This document shows positions 1-8,215 of a stretch of 39,092 bases of DNA, in pieces (within the stretch, counting starts at the first letter, position 1; each line of letters begins with the position of its first letter). The stretch is taken from contig PLLC01000080.1 in NCBI GenBank assembly GCA_003141195.1, positions 21,624 to 60,715 on the forward strand, written 5' to 3'. This stretch comes from Syntrophaceae bacterium (lineage in GTDB: Bacteria; Desulfobacterota; Syntrophia; Syntrophales; UBA5619). Made by a program: the position numbers and the translations under genes. The notes under the pieces were generated by a model, which saw only the letters and a program-made list of their open reading frames with translations, searched no databases and was not told the DNA's origin.

Positions 1-293
1 TATTTGGAAGAGTTTTGCAATTATCTCTAATGATTATGATTATCCTTTAGTCACGAAACCGTAAAGTTGATCCAGTTTTTGGCAAGATATTTTTCATGAC
101 CTGTGCAAACCCTTTGCTGTAAAGTGATTGCTGAGATTATTTTTTAATCCAACTTTTAAAATATGAGTCATACCGACTGGCTCCACCTGGGGAAAATCCA
201 TGCTGATGCACTTTAGAATTCTCCGTTTTTGGAGCACTCTCTTTGTTGCTCCAAAGCCATGTGGCACGCCCTGCACCTCTCCATCGATGTGAT

Positions 294-815
294 CTATGGT
301 AGCACAACCGGTCGCGTGAACAGATAATCGTTATCCTTGACGGGAAGGTGACAGCCGAAGCATTCCTGCGCGAAGTTGGCGTCTTTTCCGTATGGTTTTT
401 GCTCCAGCCCGAGCCATCGGGCGAAGCCCCAGCCACCGGTGGAGGCGAATTTCTTTGCATCCTTGAACATGAATTCCGCATGCACGAAATTGCCGGGAAT
501 GGTGGCCGTGGGCCACTCGGGATGGGTCGTATCTTTCCAGACCAGTTTGGCCAGGACGGAGCTATCGGGCCACGGACTGATCCGGCCCATACGCGCTGCT
601 TCAATGGCCTTGTCATTTCCCAGAATGATTCGCAGGGTATTGTTGTCCGTACGATGCGAGGAAGCAATGATCCGCCAGTTCTTGTAGCCGTCGGGCAATA
701 CCAATCCGTTCGGAGCTGGTAAAACCTCTTCCTTGGCTGAAACGGCGACACCCGCAACCGCCACGAAAACGACGGCGACCACAACCAGGAATATCATTCC
801 TCGCAAAGTTTTCAT
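294..815 (-). CDS. Cytochrome P460 family protein (periplasmic monoheme c)
   Basis: Sec signal peptide; LPDGYKNW, WPDSSVLAK, KD..KF..TGGWGF and C-terminal CFGCH heme motif followed by DYLF; RBS GAGGAGG. Confidence 0.9.
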   Translation of the reverse strand: MKTLRGMIFLVVVAVVFVAVAGVAVSAKEEVLPAPNGLVLPDGYKNWRIIASSHRTDNNTLRIILGNDKAIEAARMGRISPWPDSSVLAKLVWKDTTHPEWPTATIPGNFVHAEFMFKDAKKFASTGGWGFARWLGLEQKPYGKDANFAQECFGCHLPVKDNDYLFTRPVVLP

Positions 816-933
816 TGCTTCACCTCCTCGTTGAATTTGTTTTGATTTGATAAGAACTTGCTTTTTAGAATAGCGAGTATATTAAAGTCGCGCTTGTATG
901 TTAACGACATGCAGATATAAACATGTCGTTGTC

Positions 934-1413
934 TCACGTCACAGTAACATCGAGACTTCCTTCCCACAAGCCATGGAGGTTGCAGGACTGCCTTGCCACC
1001 AGAGAGACTTTACCTTCGGGCGCGACTTCCTTGGGAAGCACCACGGTGAATGCCACCTTCGGCTTTAGGTACCCCTTAGGCTGCAGGTCGGCCCTTCCGG
1101 CCGGTTCATTGCCGATATTGAGCTCAATGTATTCGATCCAGTGGCTGGGCCCCATCGGATGGAGCGATTCGCCGACTGCAACCTCTACGATGAACGGTTC
1201 ACCGGCCCTTACCGATAGCGGGGCAGTAATGACCGGTGCGTGCCCTTTCTCCAGCGGCGAAGTAGCGGCGGGGTCCTTCACCCGGTTGATCCCTTCGAAA
1301 AGCGACTGGACCACCTTTGTCGGGAAGTAACGCTCGGCTGCCATGGCCGATCCAGCATAGCCCGCGACAATGGAGCCTGCAACCGCAGTGTGCAGAAATG
1401 TTCGTCTGTTCAT
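934..1413 (-). CDS. Tat-exported superoxide reductase-like protein (neelaredoxin/class II SORL domain)
   Basis: MNRRTFL twin-arginine signal; iron-ligand motifs EKGHAP, HPM...HWI, CNLHG; RBS AAGGAGG. Confidence 0.88.
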   Translation of the reverse strand: MNRRTFLHTAVAGSIVAGYAGSAMAAERYFPTKVVQSLFEGINRVKDPAATSPLEKGHAPVITAPLSVRAGEPFIVEVAVGESLHPMGPSHWIEYIELNIGNEPAGRADLQPKGYLKPKVAFTVVLPKEVAPEGKVSLVARQSCNLHGLWEGSLDVTVT

Positions 1414-1440
1414 TTTATTACCTCCTTATTAATATTTTAC

Positions 1441-1524
1441 TGACAAAGCATTGTCTTTTCACGATTGGAGTATATGAAGAGCACTCATGTGTGTCAAGGG
1501 AATTTTAGTCACAATATGTGGGGT
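1441..1524 (-). repeat. Promoter-bearing repeat, copy A (putative relic element end)
   Basis: Ungapped alignment with 6401-6484, 62/84 identical by hand count. Confidence 0.8.
1469..1497 (-). promoter_or_regulatory. sigma70 promoter TTGACA-17 nt-TATACT upstream of the SOR/P460 genes
   Basis: Minus strand ttgaca cacatgagtgctcttca tatact, about 55 nt before the SOR start codon. Confidence 0.75.
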
Positions 1525-1665
1525 GTGGTGTCGATGACGGAGAAAAGGATGTGTCAATGTGTCCGCCATTTTGAGAAATCAGCTCACCTTTTGGTCGAGT
1601 CGATCGTCAAGAAGGCATTTTTGAGCACAATTCAGGCAAACTTCTTCTGCACGCCTTTTTTGATG

Positions 1666-1750
1666 AAGCGTTATGCCTGGATGTATTCATCCCAGGAGTA
1701 ATCCGGGTCTCGATAAAGGTGATCGTCGTTCATTTCCGATTGAAAGGATG
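1666..1750 (-). repeat. Gene-tail repeat, copy A (encodes ...SFQSEMNDDHLYRDPDYSWDEYIQA*)
   Basis: 73/85 identical to 5225-5308 with one gap; minus-strand frame ends in TAA. Confidence 0.8.
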
Positions 1751-2207
1751 GATGCCCGTTAAATCGTCGGCTGCTTTGTTACAGTTACAAACACCCCCGA
1801 TCATCAGAAAAATCACCATCCGAAAATAACACCTTTTAATCCGTATTCAATGAGCTGGCCTGATCAGTCTCCCTGCAACTTTGTATTTGAACTCAGTGAG
1901 CGCGGTTCATTAAAAAATGACATGCGCAGCACCTTGACGCCACCTTATCAATGATTTTTGGTTTGGAATTGAGGTGCGGATTCCCGCTCAAGTACAGGTC
2001 GCCGCGACAACACCTGTTGAATCGCGAAATTGCTATCGTCTTGCAATAATGTACTATGCCCATCGCCTGCCGTATGCTCCGAACGGCGCTCAGGGCATCT
2101 TATTTTTATCCATGTAAAGCATCCGGGTGCATCTTTATATGCCCGGATAAAAACCTTTCTGATAGGTGAGGGCTCGCCTTCTTCGCCCAAGTCCGGGTGA
2201 AGCTGGC

Positions 2208-2396
2208 TCCCCGGTGTACGTCGGCGGCTACCTCGGCTATGCCTCGGGCGACGACACCGACACGACCGACAAGATGGAAGGCGGCTTTGCGAAACTGCTC
2301 AAGGTCGGAAGCGACTTCAAACCCTGCCTGATGCTCTATAACGATGATTACGCCACGCAGTTCGCCGGCAGCACCTCCGCCGTGCTGACCTTCTAA
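2208..2396 (+). pseudogene. Remnant of an outer-membrane porin/beta-barrel gene
   Basis: PVYVGGYLGYASGDD...EGG...DFKPCLMLYND joined to a C-terminal LTF*; coding-like codon usage within an AT-rich intergenic region; no start or signal peptide. Confidence 0.5.
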
Positions 2397-2474
2397 GGTT
2401 AGCGTGAGATGTTGTACCGAGGAGACATGTAAACCTTCAACATAATTGTCGCCGTAAACCGGCGACCCAGGATG

Positions 2475-2513
2475 AAAGCCTCGGACGGTCTGACGGCCCC
2501 CGGGGCTTTTTTT
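2475..2513. terminator. Intrinsic terminator-like hairpin between the porin remnant and emrB
   Basis: aaagcctcgg...ccggggcttt followed by a T run on the + strand. Confidence 0.55.
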
Positions 2514-4029
2514 ATTTTGGTGTACGCCGCATGAAGTAGACGAGGGGAACGATGAGGAGCATGAGGACGGTCAAAAGATAGAAGACGTCATTGAAGGAGA
2601 GCATGGTCGCCTCCCTGATGAGGCGCTGATAGATCAGCCCCATCCCGCCCTGGGCGGCCTGGCTGGCTTCGATACCCTTCTCCAGCAGGGTCCGGGCGCT
2701 TTGCTGTGCGCTCAGCACATAGGCGGGGTCGAAAGGGGTCAGGTGCTCCGTCAAGCGGGCCTGGTGGACCTGGGCCTGTCGGGCCAGGATCGTCGCGGAT
2801 AGTGCAACCCCGAAGCTTCCGCCCAGGTTGCGGAGCAGGTTGAAGACGGCGCTGGCGTTGCCCATTTCCTCCTTCCGGATATGCGACAGGGAAATCGTGG
2901 TTAAGGGAATGAAGACAAAGGCCACCCCGATCCCCAGCATGATCCGGGGCCAGACAACCGCATTGAAATCGACCTGAAGGTTGAACCGGGACATCTGATA
3001 CGATGCATAAGCCGTTACCAGTATCCCGAAGAGGATCAGCCATTTGGGATTCCCCCGCGAGACGAGCTGGCCGACGATGGGCATGCACAGGAGGTTGGCG
3101 ACGCCGCCCGGCCCGAGGACGAACCCCGAGAGGGTCGCCGTGTAGCCCATGAGGGTCTGAAGATAGATGGGCAGCATGACGATGCTGCCGAAGAGGTTCA
3201 TCACGACGAAAAACAGGATCACGTTGCCGAGGACGAAGGTGGCGTCCTTGAAAACTTTAAGGTCGACGATGGGCTCCTTCACGGTCCGTTCCACAAGAAT
3301 GAAGAAAACCAGGGCAGCAACGCTGGCCACGGTCATCCAGGTGATGAGATCCGAAGAAAACCAGTCCTCCCGCTGGCCCCGGTCGAGAATCAGTTGCAGG
3401 CAGCCGACGCCGACGGTCAGGAGAATGAGCCCCCAGTAGTCGATCTTCATTTTCGTCTTTTTCATGTAAGGCGGGTCGAAGATGAAGAGGATCGTCATGA
3501 AGATGGAGATGATCCCGAAGGGTATGTTGACGAAGAAGATCCAGTGCCAGGACCAGCTGTCCGTAATCCAGCCGCCCAGGACCGGCCCGATGATCGGCCC
3601 GAACATGATCCCGATCCCGAATATCGCCATCGCCATCCCGTGCTGATAGACGGGAAAGGTTTCGAGCAGAATCGATTGGGAAATGGGTTGCAGGGCTCCG
3701 CCTGCGAGGCCCTGAAGGACCCGGAAGACTACGAGACTCTGAATGCTCCAGGAAAGCCCGCAAAAAAGCGAGCTTACGGTAAAGAGGGCGACGGAGGAGA
3801 TCAGGTAGCGCTTGCGGCCGAAAAGGCGGCTGAGCCACCCCGCCATGGGGATGATAATGGCGTTGGCGGCGAGGTACGAGGTGATGGACCAGGTGGCCTC
3901 GTCGATGCCGGCGGACAGGCTCCCACGGATGTGATCCAGGGAGACGTTGACGACGGAGGTATCCACGATCACCATCAGCGTGGGAATCATCACCGTCAAG
4001 GCAACGAGCCACTTGTTGACCCTGGGCAT
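2512..4029 (-). CDS. emrB: DHA2 family MFS efflux permease (EmrB/QacA)
   Basis: DTSVVNVSL, WSITSYLAA, GWLSRLFGRKR, RVLQG, GPVLGGWI, WHWIFFVNIP motifs; many hydrophobic helices. Confidence 0.92.
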   Translation of the reverse strand: MPRVNKWLVALTVMIPTLMVIVDTSVVNVSLDHIRGSLSAGIDEATWSITSYLAANAIIIPMAGWLSRLFGRKRYLISSVALFTVSSLFCGLSWSIQSLVVFRVLQGLAGGALQPISQSILLETFPVYQHGMAMAIFGIGIMFGPIIGPVLGGWITDSWSWHWIFFVNIPFGIISIFMTILFIFDPPYMKKTKMKIDYWGLILLTVGVGCLQLILDRGQREDWFSSDLITWMTVASVAALVFFILVERTVKEPIVDLKVFKDATFVLGNVILFFVVMNLFGSIVMLPIYLQTLMGYTATLSGFVLGPGGVANLLCMPIVGQLVSRGNPKWLILFGILVTAYASYQMSRFNLQVDFNAVVWPRIMLGIGVAFVFIPLTTISLSHIRKEEMGNASAVFNLLRNLGGSFGVALSATILARQAQVHQARLTEHLTPFDPAYVLSAQQSARTLLEKGIEASQAAQGGMGLIYQRLIREATMLSFNDVFYLLTVLMLLIVPLVYFMRRTPK

Positions 4030-4035
4030 AGGGCT

Positions 4036-5133
4036 TCAGCGCTCCACGCGGATCGTCGGGACCACGGACATCCCGATCCGGAGGTTATGGTCGGGGTCCG
4101 TCCCCTGTTCCAGGACGATCTTGACGGGGATCCTCTGCACGACCTTCACATAGCTTCCCGTCGCATTCTCCGGCGGAAAAAGGGAAAAGACCGAACCCGT
4201 CCCGGCCATGATGCTGTCCACCCGGCCCCGGAAAACCTTGCCCGGGTAGGTATCGACATTGATCTCCACCTGCTGGCCCGGACGGACGCGTTCGAGCTGG
4301 GTCTCCTTGTAGTTGGCCACGATCCAGACGTCGGTCAGGGATACGACGGCCATCAGCGGCTGGCCGTCGGCAATCTGGTTTCCCACCTCTACGGTCCGCT
4401 TTGCGATGTAGCCGTCCGCCGGGGCAACGAGTTTCGTGTATCCCTTCTTCAGATCCTCCGCCTTCCGGACCTGCTCCTTCTGGCCGATCACGGCCGTCTG
4501 GGAGCGGGAGGCGGCCTCCGCTTGGCGGATCATGGCCTGCTGGGTCGCGAGGGCCGCCTGGGCCTGCCGGAGCTGTTCCCGCGCCGATTCGGTCTGGGCG
4601 AGAGCGATGTCGGCATTCGTCTTCGCCTTTTCCCAGCCTTCCTCGGGAAGAATCGCCTTCTGATAGAGACGGTCCGCCCGCTTGAAGTCGGCATCGGCCT
4701 GTTTCATGTTCGTTTCCTGGAGCCGGACGGCCGCCTGGGCGGCGGCAATGCGATACTCAGACTCGGTGAGTTGCCGCCGGGCCACCTCGATCCGGGAACC
4801 CATCTCGTCCAGACGGGAACGCTCCGCCTGGAGGGCCGAGTCGGCATCGCGAAGGCGAACCTCATAGTCTTGATCGTCAATCGTCAGCAGCAGTTCGTCC
4901 TTTTTCACGAACTGGTTGTCCCGGACATACAACGCCCGGACGGTGCCCGGAACCTTCGCGGCAATGGCATGCACCCGTCCGGTGACGTACGCGTCGTCCG
5001 TGGCGATATGGTATTTCTTGTAGTTAATGTACCAGGCGATGGCCAGAACCACCGCAAGGGCCAGGATGCCGGCAAAGATGAAGCCGGTGACTTTTCTGCC
5101 GTTTTGTTTGGTTGCTGCAGGCGCCGGATCCAC
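4036..5133 (-). CDS. emrA: EmrA/HlyD family membrane fusion protein
   Basis: N-terminal TM anchor, TDDAYV, coiled coil, WIVANYKETQL, FSLFPPENATGSYVKVVQRIPV. Confidence 0.92.
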   Translation of the reverse strand: MDPAPAATKQNGRKVTGFIFAGILALAVVLAIAWYINYKKYHIATDDAYVTGRVHAIAAKVPGTVRALYVRDNQFVKKDELLLTIDDQDYEVRLRDADSALQAERSRLDEMGSRIEVARRQLTESEYRIAAAQAAVRLQETNMKQADADFKRADRLYQKAILPEEGWEKAKTNADIALAQTESAREQLRQAQAALATQQAMIRQAEAASRSQTAVIGQKEQVRKAEDLKKGYTKLVAPADGYIAKRTVEVGNQIADGQPLMAVVSLTDVWIVANYKETQLERVRPGQQVEINVDTYPGKVFRGRVDSIMAGTGSVFSLFPPENATGSYVKVVQRIPVKIVLEQGTDPDHNLRIGMSVVPTIRVER

Positions 5134-5224
5134 GAAATCGTTCTCCCCTCTTGAGTATGTATTTTTTATTGATAGCCTTTTTGCGCCGCGCTGTCAATTA
5201 GCTCCGCTGATTCTTGAATTCTCA

Positions 5225-5308
5225 AAGCGTTATGACTGGATGTATTCGTTCCAGAGTATTCATGGTCCTGATAAAGGTGATCGTCATTGATTTCAGATTG
5301 AAAGGATG
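5225..5308 (-). repeat. Gene-tail repeat, copy B (1-nt deletion relative to copy A)
   Basis: Direct repeat of 1666-1750; reads SFQSEINDDHLYQDHEY/(shift)WNEYIQS*. Confidence 0.8.
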
Positions 5309-5385
5309 TGTGTCTGCTAAAATTAACGGATGCTTGACTTCAGAAAATTTTCGTACTCTCCTCAATCTGCGATCTTAGGGGTAAT

Positions 5386-6378
5386 CTATTGCACGCGGGC
5401 CCGCACAATCGAGCGCATGCCTTCATCGCTGCGCACGAGTTGAACGTCCGCAAATCCGGCCGACTGAAGATCTTCCTGAATCTCGGTCAAGCAGTAGATG
5501 TTGCCTCCCTCGGTGGCCGACAGCATGTTGACGGCAAACAGTGCGCCGGCAACCGGCGCCGTGCGGGACGGCTCCATAACGATGTCACGAATGTAGATCC
5601 AGCCCCGCGGCTCCAGCGCAGCGGCAATCCGGCGGTATAGCGCACGGTTCTGGTCCGGAGAATTCTGGTGAATAATCGCGCTTACCCAGGCCAGATCGGC
5701 ACCCTTGGGCAAGTCGTCGGTGTAGAAGTCCCCGGCACACAGTTCGACTCGGTCGGCAAACGGCGAGGTGGCGAAACACTCACGAGCCATCGGAATCACG
5801 TGCGGCAGGTCGAAGATAATGGCACGCGATTGCGGTTCTGCCTTCAGCCAGGCCATGGTCCACGATCCAGATGCACCACCCAGATCCAATACGCAACGCA
5901 CGCCGCCAGGATGGATTTCTTGAACCAACTCGTTGGCTACACCACGCGACACCACGTGCATCGCTTCGATGAACGACGCCTTGTCCGCGTCTTCGCCGCG
6001 GATGCTCGGCCCCGTATACTCCGGCTTACCCGAGAGCACAGTCCACGGCAATCGCGACCAGCGACGCAGGCAGTTCGCCTGGTGACGCAACATGGCCATG
6101 ACGCTCTGCGGAAATGCCGCACACAGAAACGGAGCAAGCTTGGGAGAAATCGAGTACTGCTCGTCTTGCTTGACGATCACTCCTACTGCTGCCAGCGCGT
6201 CGAGCAGAATAGTTACCGCACGCAAGTCGCAACCGGCAGCGGCGGCAACTTCCGCGGCGGTCCGGGGCACAGGAGCGAGTTTCTCAAACAGATCCAGATC
6301 GGCCGCTGCGGCGAGCAGGCAGGGAACCTGATAGGCTCGCATCATCTCTAAAATCTGTTCACCGTCACGTATACCCAT
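5386..6378 (-). CDS. SAM-dependent O-methyltransferase (dimerisation plus Methyltransf_2 domains)
   Basis: VLDLGGASG SAM motif, FDLPHVI, GDFY; start placed at ATG 6378 after RBS AGGAGG. Confidence 0.88.
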   Translation of the reverse strand: MGIRDGEQILEMMRAYQVPCLLAAAADLDLFEKLAPVPRTAAEVAAAAGCDLRAVTILLDALAAVGVIVKQDEQYSISPKLAPFLCAAFPQSVMAMLRHQANCLRRWSRLPWTVLSGKPEYTGPSIRGEDADKASFIEAMHVVSRGVANELVQEIHPGGVRCVLDLGGASGSWTMAWLKAEPQSRAIIFDLPHVIPMARECFATSPFADRVELCAGDFYTDDLPKGADLAWVSAIIHQNSPDQNRALYRRIAAALEPRGWIYIRDIVMEPSRTAPVAGALFAVNMLSATEGGNIYCLTEIQEDLQSAGFADVQLVRSDEGMRSIVRARVQ

Positions 6379-6400
6379 GGATTGAATCCTCCTATTGAAT

Positions 6401-6484
6401 TGATAAGGCACTGTTTTTTCAGGGGAGGAGTATATGAATTACGTTCTTGGGTGTCAATGGAATACTGGCCACAAAATATGGGGT
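6401..6484 (-). repeat. Promoter-bearing repeat, copy B
   Basis: Direct repeat of 1441-1524. Confidence 0.8.
6429..6457 (-). promoter_or_regulatory. sigma70 promoter TTGACA-17 nt-TATACT upstream of the methyltransferase
   Basis: Minus strand ttgaca cccaagaacgtaattca tatact. Confidence 0.75.
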
Positions 6485-6571
6485 ATCCGCGATCCTTACC
6501 AGAAAAAATAAGGAAGACATCCGGATTCTGCCCGAAAATACGCTGTAAAGGCATCGCATGTTTCTATCCGT

Positions 6572-6676
6572 ATAACGCTTGGCATACCTGCCTCGTACAC
6601 CGTCCTTGAGCAGGACTGAAAGATCGTATTCAGACCGAAGTTCGTCAGCATATTCGTCTTTGGATTTCGTTTTCAT
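6572..6676 (-). pseudogene. 3'-truncated BrnA-like antitoxin
   Basis: MKTKSKDEYADELRSEYDLSVLLKDGVRGRYAKRY matches the N-terminus of BrnT-partner antitoxins; resemblance is lost after this point. Confidence 0.65.
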
Positions 6677-6782
6677 ATGCTTCACGCTCCTTTCGGGTAA
6701 GTTCCCGTGCGCCGATGATGCGCGTTCGCTAACTCCGGTCGATGTGCGAAACCATCAGAAGGCGGCCGATGCCCCGATTGTT
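6645..6782 (-). pseudogene. BrnT family toxin C-terminal remnant
   Basis: TIGAS/(shift)GRLLMVSHIDRS*RTRIIGARELTRKEREAYE; in-frame TAG at 6729-6731; 5' half missing. Confidence 0.75.
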
Positions 6783-6844
6783 TGAGATCATTTGCCCCTT
6801 CGCCGCAGGCTTCCCGGAGTTTGGCCAAAAAACTCCGGAGTGAT

Positions 6845-8215
6845 CTACGATTCGGGAAAACGGGATCGCAGTTCTTCCAGAATCCGGAATTGAATGTCGG
6901 GCTCCGGTATTCCGGCAGGAATCCCCGCGATCGAGGGAATCGCTTGCCCCATTCGGTCGAGAAGGCCCTTCAGACCCTCAAACATGGGGACGGGAGGAAA
7001 TGCAGAGCGGCTGAGGTGGTGAACCAGCCTCAGGGTCTTCAGGCCGTCAAACCAGACATGGAACTGACGTCGGAGATGTTCGGCATCCGGGCAGTTCCGG
7101 CGGATAACCGGCCAATCGATCGCGAACCGGGAAAGATCGAGATACGCCTTCAGGCCCGAATGGATCTTTCGGGCGGCAGCCAGGATCGCTTCCGAACCCC
7201 TGTCCGGGTTGGCCTCCATCCCGGCCAGCCACTCCCGAAGGATCGCGAAAATTCGGGGATCATAGAGGCGGTATTCATCCGTCCCGCCGGTCATGAACCG
7301 CAGCACCCGCCGACCGGTGCCGAAGGGCACCCTTTCCGAGGGCCGCGGCGAGGGGAAAACGGTCGTCGTTTCGATCACGCCGATGCTTCCGATCTTGGCC
7401 AGCTTGTTGAGGAAGTGAAAATCCTCCGCCGCCGTCCGCCGGTTCATCCCCCGGACATCCACATACGCCTGCGCCGTACAGGCCATTGTCGAGCCGATGG
7501 CGTGAATGGAGTAGGGCGAGCCGGCGAAGGAAAGGCCCATCACATAGGCCCGAAGATAGATCTCGTAACAGCAGATCGCAGATAGAAGCTCAAGGTCGGC
7601 AGGCCTCTGATGGGCATATCTCGCCACGGCTGCGGAATTGCGTGTATCGGAAAAGTGATTGCAAACCGCGGAAAGGTAGTTCTCCTCGACCAGCGTATCC
7701 GCATCGAGGCAGGAAATCACCCCTCCGCCGGGTCCCCGGCCGTCGAGGATGGTCAGGGCGGCATCCATGCCGATCTTCCTCGCCGTCCCCACCCCCCCGT
7801 CCCGTTCCGGAATCTCCAGACCCGGCGAAGAGGCGTCGATCCATCCGAGACGAAGCCCGCTGCCGGCGATTTGTCTGAGATCATCGTGCATCTCCGCAGG
7901 CTGCGAGTGCAAACTGGCGTCTCCGCGAAGGAGATCCTCTAAAAGCGTCAGCGTGTTCTGATTGTCGCGGATCTCTTCCGGGGCGGCAAGGGGAGGCCGG
8001 TGGTTGTTCACGACGCAGAGGACAAGGGTCTTGGCGAGCTCGTCCGACGGATTTCCTGCGATACCGGCAAGGGTGCGGAAGAGAGATGAACTCTCCGCCA
8101 GGGCCGGGATGACGACGACCCTTTCCACCCCCTCGGTCGAAACCGTCCGCAGGGGGCGTTTCAGGCGAATCCCGTAACATTGAAGATATTTGGTAATTTT
8201 GGACGAACGATTCAT
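6845..8215 (-). CDS. Conserved GT-A/GT2-like glycosyltransferase-family protein
   Basis: VVVIPA, VVNN, GVGTARKIGMD, LDAD (DxD), GST, EDF motifs; ATGA overlap with the miaA stop. Confidence 0.7.
   Translation of the reverse strand: MNRSSKITKYLQCYGIRLKRPLRTVSTEGVERVVVIPALAESSSLFRTLAGIAGNPSDELAKTLVLCVVNNHRPPLAAPEEIRDNQNTLTLLEDLLRGDASLHSQPAEMHDDLRQIAGSGLRLGWIDASSPGLEIPERDGGVGTARKIGMDAALTILDGRGPGGGVISCLDADTLVEENYLSAVCNHFSDTRNSAAVARYAHQRPADLELLSAICCYEIYLRAYVMGLSFAGSPYSIHAIGSTMACTAQAYVDVRGMNRRTAAEDFHFLNKLAKIGSIGVIETTTVFPSPRPSERVPFGTGRRVLRFMTGGTDEYRLYDPRIFAILREWLAGMEANPDRGSEAILAAARKIHSGLKAYLDLSRFAIDWPVIRRNCPDAEHLRRQFHVWFDGLKTLRLVHHLSRSAFPPVPMFEGLKGLLDRMGQAIPSIAGIPAGIPEPDIQFRILEELRSRFPES

Noticed and set aside
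227-256. Hairpin ttggagca...tgctccaa downstream of P460, and hairpin 903-930 between SOR and P460
   Set aside because: Real stems but no U-tract on the coding strand; function cannot be supported
2440-2511. Possible c-di-GMP-I riboswitch (aaagcctcgg...ggtct)
   Set aside because: Lacks the GGCAAAC/GNRA/GACGCAAA architecture and is not upstream of a co-oriented gene; better explained as a terminator
3394-5154. Long + strand ORF (586 aa) and similar antisense ORFs (10160-11590, 22529-24022, 25955-27439, 35922-37460)
   Set aside because: Shadow ORFs opposite well-supported genes in GC-rich DNA; no recognisable motifs
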